Below are positions 35,170 to 50,100 of a DNA stretch of 64,000 nucleotides, one piece after another (positions within the stretch are counted from its first letter, which is position 1; each line of letters begins with the position of its first letter). Location: NCBI RefSeq assembly GCF_964355755.1, contig NC_092670.1:27454388-27518387 (forward strand), in the 5' to 3' direction. The DNA is from Antedon mediterranea. Taxonomy: Eukaryota > Animalia > Echinodermata. Under the pieces are notes generated by a model. It was not told the DNA's origin, did no database searches, and saw nothing but the letters and a program-made list of their open reading frames with translations. The position numbers and the translations under genes are program-made.

Positions 35170-38100
35170 TATGTTAACAAGTTTTTTCGAAAATCACAAA
35201 ATGGTGTAAAACGTCTCCAAATGCGATTTTAAGCTATTCTAAGCAATTTGGTGTTTTTATGTTAACAAGTTTTTTCGAAAATCACAAAATGGTCTAAAAC
35301 GTCTCCAAATGCGATTTGAAGCTATTCTGTACACTTTACTGTTTTTTGTGAATAATTTTGAAATGCTTAAAATGTTCTAAAACGGTTTCTAATGTGATTT
35401 TAAGCACTTTGATGTTTTTATGTTAACGAATTTTTTCGAAAATCACAAAATGGTCTAAAATGTCTCCAAATGCGATTTCAAGCTATTCTGAGCACTTTGG
35501 TGTTTTATGTTAACTAGTTTTTTCGAAAATCACAAAATGGTCTAAAACGTCTCCAAATGCGATTTGAAGCTATTCTAAGCAATTTGGTGTTTTTATGTTA
35601 ACAAGTTTTTTCGAAAATCACAAAATGGTCTAAAACGTCTCCAAATGCGATTTGAAGCTATTCTAAGCACTTTGGTGTTTTTATGGTAATTTATTTCGAA
35701 AATCACAAAATTGTCTAAAACATCTCCAAATGCGATTTTAAGCTATTCTAAGCACTTTGGTGTTTTTATGTTAACAAGTTTTTTCGAAAATCACAAAATG
35801 GTCTAAAATGTCTCCAAATGCGATTTGAAGCTTTTCTAAGCACTTTGGTGTTTTTATGTTTACAAGTTTTTTCGAAAATCACAAAATGGTCTAAAACGTC
35901 TCCAAATGCGATTTGAAGCTATTCTAAGCACTTTGGTGTTTTTATGTTAACAACTTTTTTAGAAAAAATCACAAAATGGTCTAAAACGGTTTCTAATGTG
36001 ATTTTAAGCACTTTGATGTTTTTATGTTAACAACTTTTTTAGAAAATCACAAAATGGTCTAAAACGTCTCCAAATGCGATTTGAAGCAATTCTAAGCACT
36101 TTGGTGTTTTTATGGTAACGAGTTTTTTTGAATATCACAAAATGGTCTAAAATGTCTCCAAATGCGATTTGAAGCTTTTCTAAGCACTTTGGTGTTTTTA
36201 TGTTTACAAGTTTTTTCGAAAATCACAAAATGGTCTAAAACGGCTCCAAATGCGATTTTAAGCTATTCTAAGCAATTTGGTGTTTTTATGTTAACAAGTT
36301 TTTTCGAAAATCACAAAATGGTCTAAAACGTCTCCAAATGCGATTTGAAGCTATTCTGTACACTTTACTGTTTTTTGTGAATAATTTTTGTCGAAATGCT
36401 CAAAATGGTCAAAAACGTTTTCAAATACGATATTAAGCTATTTTGTGTTTTTATGTTAACGAATTTTTTCGAAAATCACAAAATGGTCTAAAATGTCTAC
36501 AAATGCGATTTTAAGCTATTCTGAGCACTTTGGTGTTTTATGTTAACTAGTTTTTTTCGAAAATCACAAAATGGTCTAAAACGTTGTTTATGTTAACAAC
36601 TTTTTTAGAAAATCACAAAATGGTCTAAAACAGCTCCAAATGCGATTTGAAGCTATTCTAAGCACTTTGGTGTTTTTATGTTAACAAGTTTTTTCGAAAA
36701 TCACAAAATGGTCTAAAACGTCTCCAAATGCGATTTGAAGCTATTCTGTACACTTTGATGTCTTTTTGTTAACAAGTTTTTTCGAAAGTCACAAAATGGT
36801 CTAAAAAGTCTCCAAATGCGATTTTAAGGTATTCTAAGCACTTTGGTGTTTTTATGTTAACAAGTTTTATCGAAAATTACAAAATGGTGTAAAACGTCTC
36901 CAAATGCGATTTGAAGCTATTCTAAGCACTTTGGTGTTTTTATGTTAACAAGTTTTTTCGAAAATCACAAAATGGTGTAAAACGTCTCCAAATGCGATTT
37001 TAAGCTATTCTAAGCAATTTGGTGTTTTTATGTTAACAATTTTTTTCGAAAATCACAAAATGGTCTAAAACGTCTCCAAATGCGATTTGAAGCTATTCTG
37101 TACACTTTGCTGTTTTGTGAGAATAATTTTTGTCGAAATGCTCAAAATGGTCAAAAACGTTTTTAAATACGATATTAAGCTATTTTGTGCTCTTTGATGT
37201 TTTTGTGTGAAAAGTTTTATCGAAATGCTCAAAATGGTCTAAAACGGTTTCTAATGTGATTTTAAGCACTTTGATGTTTTTATGTTAACAACTTTTTTAG
37301 AAATTTACAAAATGGTGTAAAACGTCTCCAAATGCGATTTGAAGCTATTCTAAGCAATTTCGTGTTTTTATGTTAACAAGTTTTTTCGAAAATCACAAAA
37401 TGGTCTAAAACGTCTCCAAATGCGATTTGAAGCTATTCTAAGCACGTTTGTGTTTTTATGTTAACAAGTTTTTTCGAAAATCACAAAATGGTCTAAAATG
37501 TCTCCAAATGCGATTTTAAGGTATTCTAAGCACTTTGGTGTTTTTATGTTAACAAGTTTTTTCGAAAATCACAAAATGGTCTAAAACGTCTACAAATGCG
37601 ATTTGAAGCTATTCTAAGCACTTTGGTGTTTTTATGTTAACAAGTTTTTTCGAAAATCACAAAATGGTATAAAACGTCTCCAAATGCGATTTGAAGATTT
37701 TCTAAGCACTTTGGTTTTTTTATGTTTACAAGTTTTTTCGAAAATCACAAAATGGTCTAAAACGTCTCCAAATGCGATTTGAAGCTATTCTGTACACTTT
37801 GCTGTTTTGTGTGAATAATTTTGTCAAAATGCTCAAAATCGTCAAAAACGTTTTTAAATACTATATTAAGCTATTTTGTGTTCTTTGATGTTTTTGTGTG
37901 AAAAGTTTTATCGAAATGCTCAAAATGGTCTAAAACGGTTTCTAATGAAATGATTTTAAGAACTTTGATGTTTTTATGTTAACAACTTTTTTAGAAAATC
38001 ACAAAATGGTCTAAAACGTCTCCAAATGCGATTTGAAGCAATTCTAAGCACTTTGGTGTTTTTATGTTAACAAGTTTTTTCGAAAATCACAAAATGGTAT

Positions 38101-41100
38101 AAAACCTCTCCAAATGCGATTTTAAGGTATTCTAAGCACTTTGGTGTTTTTATGTTAACAAGTTTTTTCGAAAATCACAAAATGGTCTAAAACGTCTACA
38201 AATGCGATTTGAAGCTATTCTAAGCACTTTGGTGTTTTTATGTTAACAAGTTTTTTCGAAAATCACAAAATGGTATAAAACGTCTCCAAATGCGATTTTA
38301 AGCTATTCTAAGCAATTTGGTGTTTTTATGTTAACAAGTTTTTTCGAAAATCACAAAATGGTCGAAAATGTCACAAAATGCGATTTGAAGCTATTCTAAG
38401 CACTTTGGTGTTATTATGTTAACAAGTTTTTTCGAAAATCACAAATTGGTCTAAAACGTCTCCAAATGCGATTTGAAGCTATTTTAAGCACTTTGGTGTT
38501 TTTGTGTAACCAAGTTTTTTCGAAAATCACAAAAGGGTCTAAAATGTCTCAAAATGCGATTTGAAGCTATTCTGTACACTTTGATGTTTTTTTGTTAACA
38601 AGTTTTTTCGAAAGTCACAAAATGGTCTAAAACGTCTCCAAATGCGATTTGAAGCTATTCTAAGCACTTTGGTGTTTTTATGTTAACAAGTTTTTTCGAA
38701 AATCACAAAATGGTGTAAAACGTCTCCAAATGCGATTTGAAGCTATTCTAAGCACTTTGGGGTTTTTATGTTAACAAGTTTTTTCGAAAATCACAAAATG
38801 GTGTAAAACTTCTCAGAATACGATTTTAAGCTATTCTAAGCAATTTCGTATTTTTATGTTAACAAGTTTTTTCGAAAATCACAAAATGGTCTAAAACGTC
38901 TCCAAATGCGATTTGAAGTTATTCTGTACACTTTGCTGTTTTGTGAGAATAATTTTTGTCGAAATGCTCAAAATGGTCAAAAACGTTTTTAAATACGATA
39001 TTAAGCTATTTTGTGCTCTTTGATGTTTTTGTGTGAAAAGTTTTATCGAAATGCTCAAAATGGTCTAAAACGGTTTCTAATGTGATTTTAAGCACTTTGA
39101 TGTTTTTATGTTAACAACTTTTTTAGAAAATTACAAAATGGTGTAAAACGTCTCCAAATGCGATTTGAAGCTATTCTAAGCAATTTCGTGTTTTTATGTT
39201 AACAAGTTTTTTCGAAAATCACAAAATGGTCTAAAACGTCTCCAAATGCGATTTGAAGCTATTCTAAGCACTTTTGTGTTTTTATGTTAACAAGTTTTTT
39301 CGAAAATCACAAAATGGTCTAAAATGTCTCCAAATGCGATTTTAAGGTATTCTAAGCACTTTGGTGTTTTTATGTTAACAAGTTTTTTCGAAAATCACAA
39401 AATGGTCTAAAACGTCTACAAATGCGATTTGAAGCTATTCTAAGCACTTTGGTGTTTTTATGTTAACAAGTTTTTTCGAAAATCACAAAATGGTATAAAA
39501 CGTCTCCAAATGCGATTTGAAGATTTTCTAAGCACTTTGGTGTTTTTATGTTTACAAGTTTTTTCGAAAATCACAAAATGGTCTAAAACGTCTCCAAATG
39601 CGATTTTAAGGTATTCTAAGCACTTTGGTGTTTTTATGTTAACAAGTTTTTTCGAAAATCACAAAATGGTCTAAAACGTCTACAAATGCGATTTGAAGCT
39701 ATTCTAAGCAATTTGGTGTTTTTATGTTAACAAGTTTTTTCGAAAATCACAAAATGGTCGAAAATGTCACAAAATGCGATTTTAAGCTATTGTAAGCACT
39801 TTGTTGTTTTTATGTTAACAAGTTTTTTTCGAAAATCACAAAATGGTCTAAAACCTCTCCAAATGCGATTTGAAGCTATTCTGTACACTTTGCTGTTTTG
39901 TGTGAATAATTTTTGTCGAAATGCTCAAAATGGTCAAAAACGTTTTTAAATACGATATTAAGCTATTTTGTGCTCTTTGATGTTTTTGTGTGAAAAGTTT
40001 TATCGAAATGCTCAAAATGGTCTAAAACGGTTTCTAATGTGATTTTAAGCACTTTGGTGTTTTTATGTTAACAAGTTTTTTCGAAAATCACAAAATGGTC
40101 TAAAACGTCTCCAAATGTGATTTGAAGCTATTCTAAACACTTTGGTGTTTTTATGTTAACAAGTTTTTTCGAAAATCACAAATTGGTCTAAAACGTCTCC
40201 AAATGCGATTTGAAGCTATTTTAAGCACTTTGGTGTTTTTGTGTAACCAAGTTTTTTCGAAAATCACAAAAGGGTCTAAAATGTCTCAAAATGCGATTTG
40301 AAGCTATTCTGTACACTTTGATGTTTTTTTGTTAACAAGTTTTTTCGAAAGTCACAAAATGCTCTAAAACGTCTCCAAATGCGATTTGAAGCTATTCTAA
40401 GCACTTTGCTGTTTTGTGTGAATAATTTTTGTCGAAATGCTCAAAATGGTCAAAAACGTTTTTAAATACGATATTAAGCTATTTTGTGCTCTTTGATGTT
40501 TTTGTGTGAAAAGTTTTATCGAAATGCTCAAAATGGTCTAAAACGGTTTCTAATGTGATTTTAAGCACTTTGATGTTTTTATGTTAACAACTTTTTTAGA
40601 AAATCACAAAATGGTCTAAAACGTCTCCAAATGCGATTTGAAGCAATTCTAAGCACTTTGGTGTTTTTATGGTAACGAGTTTTTTTGAATATCACAAAAT
40701 GGTCTAAAATGTCTCCAAATGCGATTTGAAGCTTTTCTAAGCACTTTGGTGTTTTTATGTTAACAAGTTTTTTCGAAAATCACAAAATGGTCTAAAACGT
40801 CTCCAAATGCGATTTGAAGCTTTTCTAAGCACTTTGGTGTTTTTATGTTAACAAGTTTTTTCGAAAATCACAAAATGGTCTAAAACGTCTCCAAATGCGA
40901 TTTGAAGCTATTCTGTACACTTTGCTGTTTTGTGTGAATAATTTTTGTCGAAATGCTCAAAATGGTCAAAAACGTTTTTAAATACGATATTAAGCTATTT
41001 TGTGCTCTTTGATGTTTTTGTGTGAAAAGTTTTATCGAAATGCTCAAAATGGTCTAAAACGGTTTCTAATGTGATTTTAAGCACTTTGATGTTTTTATGT

Positions 41101-44100
41101 TAACAACTTTTTTAGAAAATCACAAAATGGTCTAAAACGTCTCCAAATGCGATTTGAAGCAATTCTAAGCACTTTGGTGTTTTTATGGTAACGAGTTTTT
41201 TTGAATATCACAAAATGGTCTAAAATGTCTCCAAATGCGATTTGAAGCTTTTCTAAGCACTTTGGTGTTTTTATGTTAACAAGTTTTTTCGAAAATCACA
41301 AAATGGTCTAAAACGTCTCCAAATGCGATTTGAAGCTATTCTGTACACTTTGCTGTTTTGTGTGAATAATTTTTGTCGAAATGCTCAAAATGGTCAAAAA
41401 CGTTTTTAAATACGATATTAAGCTATTTTGTGCTCTTTGATGTTTTTGTGTGAAAAGTTTTATCGAAATGCTCAAAATGGTCTAAAACGGTTTCTAATGT
41501 GATTTTAAGCACTTTGATGTTTTTATGTTAACAACTTTTTTAGAAAATCACAAAATGGTCTAAAACGTCTCCAAATGCGATTTGAAGCAATTCTAAGCAC
41601 TTTGGTGTTTTTATGGTAACGAGTTTTTTTGAATATCACAAAATGGTCTAAAATGTCTCCAAATGCGATTTGAAGCTTTTCTAAGCACTTTGGTGTTTTT
41701 ATGTTTACAAGTTTTTTCGAAAATCACAAAATGGTCTAAAACGGCTCCAAATACGATTTGAAGCTATTCTAAGCACTTTGGTGTTTTTATGTTAACAAGT
41801 TTTTTCGAAAATCACAAAATGGTCTAAAACGTTTCCAAATGCGATTTGAAGCTATTCTAAGCACTTTGGTGTTTTTATGTTAACAAGTTTTTTCGAAAAT
41901 CACAAAATGGTGTAAAACGTCTCCAAATGCGATTTGAAGCTATTCTAAGTAATTTTGTGTTTTTATGTTAACAAGTTTTTTCGAAAATCACAAAATAGTC
42001 TAAAACGTCTCCAAATGCGATTTGAAGCTATTCTAAGCACTTTTGTGTTTTTATGTTAACAAGTTTTTTCGAAAATCACAAAATGGTCTAAAATGTCTCA
42101 AAATGCGATTTGAAGCTATTCTGTACACTTTGCTGTTTTGTGTGAATAATTTTTGTCAAAATGCTCAAAATGGTCAAAAACGTTTTTAAATACTTTATTA
42201 AGCTATTTTGTGTTCTTTGATGTTTTTGTGTGAAAAGTTTTTTCGAAATGCTCAAAATGGTCTAAAACGGTTTCTAATGTGATTTTAAGCACTTTGATGT
42301 TTTTATGTTAACAACTTTTTTAGAAAATTACAAAATGGTCTAAAACGTCTCCAAATGCGATTTGAAGCAATTCTAAGCACTTTGGTGTTTTTATGTTAAC
42401 AAGTTTTTTCGAAAATCACAAAATGGTCTAAAACGTCTCCAAATGCGATTTGAAGCTATTCTGTACACTTTGCTGTTTTGTGTGAATAATTTTTGTTGAA
42501 ATGCTCAAAATGGTCAAAAACGTTTTTAAATACGATATTAAGCTATTTTGTGCTCTTTGATGTTTTTGTGTGAAAAGTTTTATCGAAATGCTCAAAATGG
42601 TCTAAAACGGTTTCTAATGTGATTTTAAGCACTTTGGTGTTTTTATGTTAACAAGTTTTTTCGAAAATCACAAAATGGTCTAAAATGTCTCCAAATGCGA
42701 TTTGAAGCTTTTCTAAGCACTTTGGTGTTTTTATGTTAACAAGTTTTTTCGAAAATCACAAAATGGTCTAAAACGTCTCCAAATGTGATTTGAAGCTATT
42801 CTAAACACTTTGGTGTTTTTATGTTAACAAGTTTTTTCGAAAATCACAAATTGGTCTAAAACGTCTCCAAATGCGATTTGAAGCTATTTTAAGCACTTTG
42901 GTGTTTTTGTGTAACCAAGTTTTTTCGAAAATCACAAAAGGGTCTAAAATGTCTCAAAATGCGATTTGAAGCTATTCTGTACACTTTGATGTTTTTTTGT
43001 TAACAAGTTTTTTCGAAAGTCACAAAATGGTCTAAAAAGTCTCCAAATGCGATTTGAAGCTATTCTAAGCACTTTGGTGTTTTTATGTTAACAAGTTTTT
43101 TTGAAAATCACAAAATGGTCTAAAACGTCTACAAATGCGATTTGAAGCTATTCTAAGCACTTTGGTGTTTTTATGTTAACAAGTTTTTTCGAAAATCACA
43201 AAATGGTATAAAACGTCTCCAAATGCGATTTGAAGATTTTCTAAGCACTTTGGTGTTTTTATGTTTACAAGTTTTTTCGAAAATCACAAAATGGTCTAAA
43301 ACGTCTCCAAATGCGATTTGAAGCTATTCTGTACACTTTGCTGTTTTGTTTGAATAATTTTGTCAAAATGCTCAAAATGGTCAAAAACGTTTTTAAATAC
43401 TATATTAAGCTATTTTGTGTTCTTTGATGTTTTTGTGTGAAAAGTTTTATCGAAATGCTCAAAATGGTCTAAAACGGTTTCTAATGAAATGATTTTAAGA
43501 ACTTTGATGTTTTTATGTTAACAACTTTTTTAGAAAATCACAAAATGGTCTAAAACGTCTCCAAATGCGATTTGAAGCAATTCTAAGCACTTTGGTGTTT
43601 TTATGTTAACAAGTTTTTTCGAAAATCACAAAATGGTATAAAACCTCTCCAAATGCGATTTTAAGGTATTCTAAGCACTTTGGTGTTTTTATGTTAACAA
43701 GTTTTTTCGAAAATCACAAAATGGTCTAAAACGTCTACAAATGCGATTTGAAGCTATTCTAAGCACTTTGGTGTTTTTATGTTAACAAGTTTTTTCGAAA
43801 ATCACAAAATGGTATAAAACGTCTCCAAATGCGATTTTAAGGTATTCTAAGCACTTTGGTGTTTTTATGTTAACAAGTTTTTTCGAAAATCACAAAATGG
43901 TCGAAAATGTCACAAAATGCGATTTGAAGCTATTCTAAGCACTTTGGTGTTATTATGTTAACAAGTTTTTTCGAAAATCACAAATTGGTCTAAAACGTCT
44001 CCAAATGCGATTTGAAGCTATTTTAAGCACTTTGGTGTTTTTGTGTAACCAAGTTTTTTCGAAAATCACAAAAGGGTCTAAAATGTCTCAAAATGCGATT

Positions 44101-47100
44101 TGAAGCTATTCTGTACACTTTGATGTTTTTTTGTTAACAAGTTTTTTCGAAAGTTACAAAATGGTGTAAAACGTCTCCAAATGCGATTTGAAGCTATTCT
44201 AAGCACTTTGGTGTTTTTATGTTAACAAGTTTTTTCGAAAATCACAAAATGGTGTAAAACGTCTCCAAATGCGATTTTAAGCTATTCTAAGCAATTTGGT
44301 GTTTTTATGTTAACAAGTTTTTTCGAAAATCACAAAATGGTCTAAAACGTCTCCAAATGCGATTTGAAGCTATTCTGTACACTTTACTGTTTTTTGTGAA
44401 TAATTTTTGTCGAAATGCTCAAAATGGTCAAAAACGTTTTCAAATACGATATTAAGCTATTTTGTGCTCTTTGATGTTTTTGTGTGAAAAGTTTTATCGA
44501 AATGCTTAAAATGTTCTAAAACGGTTTCTAATGTGATTTTAAGCACTTTGATGTTTTTATGTTAACGAATTTTTTCGAAAATCACAAAATGGTCTAAAAT
44601 GTCTCCAAATGCGATTTCAAGCTATTCTGAGCACTTTGGTGTTTTATGTTAACTAGTTTTTTCGAAAATCACAAAATGGTCTAAAACGTCTCCAAATGCG
44701 ATTTGAAGCTATTCTAAGCAATTTGGTGTTTTTATGTTAACAAGTTTTTTCGAAAATCACAAAATGGTCTAAAACGTCTCCAAATGCGATTTGAAGCTAT
44801 TCTAAGCACTTTGGTGTTTTTATGGTAATTTATTTCGAAAATCACAAAATTGTCTAAAACATCTCCAAATGCGATTTTAAGCTATTCTAAGCACTTTGGT
44901 GTTTTTATGTTAACAAGTTTTTTCGAAAATCACAAAATGGTCTAAAATGTCTCCAAATGCGATTTGAAGCTTTTCTAAGCACTTTGGTGTTTTTATGTTT
45001 ACAAGTTTTTTCGAAAATCACAAAATGGTCTAAAACGTCTCCAAATGCGATTTGAAGCTATTCTAAGCACTTTGGTGTTTTTATGTTAACAACTTTTTTA
45101 GAAAAAATCACAAAATGGTCTAAAACGGTTTCTAATGTGATTTTAAGCACTTTGATGTTTTTATGTTAACAACTTTTTTAGAAAATCACAAAATGGTCTA
45201 AAACGTCTCCAAATGCGATTTGAAGCAATTCTAAGCACTTTGGTGTTTTTATGGTAACGAGTTTTTTTGAATATCACAAAATGGTCTAAAATGTCTCCAA
45301 ATGCGATTTGAAGCTTTTCTAAGCACTTTGGTGTTTTTATGTTTACAAGTTTTTTCGAAAATCACAAAATGGTCTAAAACGGCTCCAAATGCGATTTTAA
45401 GCTATTCTAAGCAATTTGGTGTTTTTATGTTAACAAGTTTTTTCGAAAATCACAAAATGGTCTAAAACGTCTCCAAATGCGATTTGAAGCTATTCTGTAC
45501 ACTTTACTGTTTTTTGTGAATAATTTTTGTCGAAATGCTCAAAATGGTCAAAAACGTTTTCAAATACGATATTAAGCTATTTTGTGTTTTTATGTTAACG
45601 AATTTTTTCGAAAATCACAAAATGGTCTAAAATGTCTACAAATGCGATTTTAAGCTATTCTGAGCACTTTGGTGTTTTATGTTAACTAGTTTTTTCGAAA
45701 ATCACAAAATGGTCTAAAACGTTGTTTATGTTAACAACTTTTTTAGAAAATCACAAAATGGTCTAAAACAGCTCCAAATGCGATTTGAAGCTATTCTAAG
45801 CACTTTGGTGTTTTTATGTTAACAAGTTTTTTCGAAAATCACAAAAAGGTCTAAAACGTCTCCAAATGCGATTTGAAGCTATTCTGTACACTTTGATGTC
45901 TTTTTGTTAACAAGTTTTTTCGAAAGTCACAAAATGGTCTAAAAATTCTCCAAATGTGATTTTAAGGTATTCTAAGCACTTTGGTGTTTTTATGTTAACA
46001 AGTTTTATCGAAAATTACAAAATGGTGTAAAACGTCTCCAAATGCGATTTGAAGCTATTCTAAGCACTTTGGTGTTTTTATGTTAACAAGTTTTTTCGAA
46101 AATCACAAAATGGTGTAAAACGTCTCCAAATGCGATTTTAAGCTATTCTAAGCAATTTGGTGTTTTTATGTTAACAAGTTTTTTCGAAAATCACAAAATG
46201 GTCTAAAACGTCTCCAAATGCGATTTGAAGCTATTCTGTACACTTTGCTGTTTTGTGAGAATAATTTTTGTCGAAATGCTCAAAATGGTCAAAAACGTTT
46301 TTAAATACGATATTAAGCTATTTTGTGCTCTTTGATGTTTTTGTGTGAAAAGTTTTATCGAAATGCTCAAAATGGTCTAAAACGGTTTCTAATGTGATTT
46401 TAAGCACTTTGATGTTTTTATGTTAACAACTTTTTTAGAAATTTACAAAATGGTGTAAAACGTCTCCAAATGCGATTTGAAGCTATTCTAAGCAATTTCG
46501 TGTTTTTATGTTAACAAGTTTTTTCGAAAATCACAAAATGGTCTAAAACGTCTCCAAATGCGATTTGAAGCTATTCTAAGCACGTTTGTGTTTTTATGTT
46601 AACAAGTTTTTTCGAAAATCACAAAATGGTCTAAAATGTCTCCAAATGCGATTTTAAGGTATTCTAAGCACTTTGGTGTTTTTATGTTAACAAGTTTTTT
46701 CGAAAATCACAAAATGGTCTAAAACGTCTACAAATGCGATTTGAAGCTATTCTAAGCACTTTGGTGTTTTTATGTTAACAAGTTTTTTCGAAAATCACAA
46801 AATGGTATAAAACGTCTCCAAATGCGATTTGAAGATTTTCTAAGCACTTTGGTTTTTTTATGTTTACAAGTTTTTTCGAAAATCACAAAATGGTCTAAAA
46901 CGTCTCCAAATGCGATTTGAAGCTATTCTGTACACTTTGCTGTTTTGTGTGAATAATTTTGTCAAAATGCTCAAAATCGTCAAAAACGTTTTTAAATACT
47001 ATATTAAGCTATTTTGTGTTCTTTGATGTTTTTGTGTGAAAAGTTTTATCGAAATGCTCAAAATGGTCTAAAACGGTTTCTAATGAAATGATTTTAAGAA

Positions 47101-50100
47101 CTTTGATGTTTTTATGTTAACAACTTTTTTAGAAAATCACAAAATGGTCTAAAACGTCTCCAAATGCGATTTGAAGCAATTCTAAGCACTTTGGTGTTTT
47201 TATGTTAACAAGTTTTTTCGAAAATCACAAAATGGTATAAAACCTCTCCAAATGCGATTTTAAGGTATTCTAAGCACTTTGGTGTTTTTATGTTAACAAG
47301 TTTTTTCGAAAATCACAAAATGGTCTAAAACGTCTACAAATGCGATTTGAAGCTATTCTAAGCACTTTGGTGTTTTTATGTTAACAAGTTTTTTCGAAAA
47401 TCACAAAATGGTATAAAACGTCTCCAAATGCGATTTTAAGCTATTCTAAGCAATTTGGTGTTTTTATGTTAACAAGTTTTTTCGAAAATCACAAAATGGT
47501 CGAAAATGTCACAAAATGCGATTTGAAGCTATTCTAAGCACTTTGGTGTTATTATGTTAACAAGTTTTTTCGAAAATCACAAATTGGTCTAAAACGTCTC
47601 CAAATGCGATTTGAAGCTATTTTAAGCACTTTGGTGTTTTTGTGTAACCAAGTTTTTTCGAAAATCACAAAAGGGTCTAAAATGTCTCAAAATGCGATTT
47701 GAAGCTATTCTGTACACTTTGATGTTTTTTTGTTAACAAGTTTTTTCGAAAGTCACAAAATGGTCTAAAACGTCTCCAAATGCGATTTGAAGCTATTCTA
47801 AGCACTTTGGTGTTTTTATGTTAACAAGTTTTTTCGAAAATCACAAAATGGTGTAAAACGTCTCCAAATGCGATTTGAAGCTATTCTAAGCACTTTGGTG
47901 TTTTTATGTTAACAAGTTTTTTCGAAAATCACAAAATGGTGTAAAACTTCTCAGAATACGATTTTAAGCTATTCTAAGCAATTTCGTATTTTTATGTTAA
48001 CAAGTTTTTTCGAAAATCACAAAATGGTCTAAAACGTCTCCAAATGCGATTTGAAGTTATTCTGTACACTTTGCTGTTTTGTGAGAATAATTTTTGTCGA
48101 AATGCTCAAAATGGTCAAAAACGTTTTTAAATACGATATTAAGCTATTTTGTGCTCTTTGATGTTTTTGTGTGAAAAGTTTTATCGAAATGCTCAAAATG
48201 GTCTAAAACGGTTTCTAATGTGATTTTAAGCACTTTGATGTTTTTATGTTAACAACTTTTTTAGAAAATTACAAAATGGTGTAAAACGTCTCCAAATGCG
48301 ATTTGAAGCTATTCTAAGCAATTTCGTGTTTTTATGTTAACAAGTTTTTTCGAAAATCACAAAATGGTCTAAAACGTCTCCAAATGCGATTTGAAGCTAT
48401 TCTAAGCACTTTTGTGTTTTTATGTTAACAAGTTTTTTCGAAAATCACAAAATGGTCTAAAATGTCTCCAAATGCGATTTTAAGGTATTCTAAGCACTTT
48501 GGTGTTTTTATGTTAACAAGTTTTTTCGAAAATCACAAAATGGTCTAAAACGTCTACAAATGCGATTTGAAGCTATTCTAAGCACTTTGGTGTTTTTATG
48601 TTAACAAGTTTTTTCGAAAATCACAAAATGGTATAAAACGTCTCCAAATGCGATTTGAAGATTTTCTAAGCACTTTGGTGTTTTTATGTTTACAAGTTTT
48701 TTCGAAAATCACAAAATGGTCTAAAACGTCTCCAAATGCGATTTTAAGGTATTCTAAGCACTTTGGTGTTTTTATGTTAACAAGTTTTTTCGAAAATCAC
48801 AAAATGGTCTAAAACGTCTACAAATGCGATTTGAAGCTATTCTAAGCAATTTGGTGTTTTTATGTTAACAAGTTTTTTCGAAAATCACAAAATGGTCGAA
48901 AATGTCACAAAATGCGATTTTAAGCTATTGTAAGCACTTTGTTGTTTTTATGTTAACAAGTTTTTTTCGAAAATCACAAAATGGTCTAAAACCTCTCCAA
49001 ATGCGATTTGAAGCTATTCTGTACACTTTGCTGTTTTGTGTGAATAATTTTTGTCGAAATGCTCAAAATGGTCAAAAACGTTTTTAAATACGATATTAAG
49101 CTATTTTGTGCTCTTTGATGTTTTTGTGTGAAAAGTTTTATCGAAATGCTCAAAATGGTCTAAAACGGTTTCTAATGTGATTTTAAGCACTTTGGTGTTT
49201 TTATGTTAACAAGTTTTTTCGAAAATCACAAAATGGTCTAAAACGTCTCCAAATGTGATTTGAAGCTATTCTAAACACTTTGGTGTTTTTATGTTAACAA
49301 GTTTTTTCGAAAATCACAAATTGGTCTAAAACGTCTCCAAATGCGATTTGAAGCTATTTTAAGCACTTTGGTGTTTTTGTGTAACCAAGTTTTTTCGAAA
49401 ATCACAAAAGGGTCTAAAATGTCTCAAAATGCGATTTGAAGCTATTCTGTACACTTTGATGTTTTTTTGTTAACAAGTTTTTTCGAAAGTCACAAAATGC
49501 TCTAAAACGTCTCCAAATGCGATTTGAAGCTATTCTAAGCACTTTGCTGTTTTGTGTGAATAATTTTTGTCGAAATGCTCAAAATGGTCAAAAACGTTTT
49601 TAAATACGATATTAAGCTATTTTGTGCTCTTTGATGTTTTTGTGTGAAAAGTTTTATCGAAATGCTCAAAATGGTCTAAAACGGTTTCTAATGTGATTTT
49701 AAGCACTTTGATGTTTTTATGTTAACAACTTTTTTAGAAAATCACAAAATGGTCTAAAACGTCTCCAAATGCGATTTGAAGCAATTCTAAGCACTTTGGT
49801 GTTTTTATGGTAACGAGTTTTTTTGAATATCACAAAATGGTCTAAAATGTCTCCAAATGCGATTTGAAGCTTTTCTAAGCACTTTGGTGTTTTTATGTTA
49901 ACAAGTTTTTTCGAAAATCACAAAATGGTCTAAAACGTCTCCAAATGCGATTTGAAGCTTTTCTAAGCACTTTGGTGTTTTTATGTTAACAAGTTTTTTC
50001 GAAAATCACAAAATGGTCTAAAACGTCTCCAAATGCGATTTGAAGCTATTCTGTACACTTTGCTGTTTTGTGTGAATAATTTTTGTCGAAATGCTCAAAA

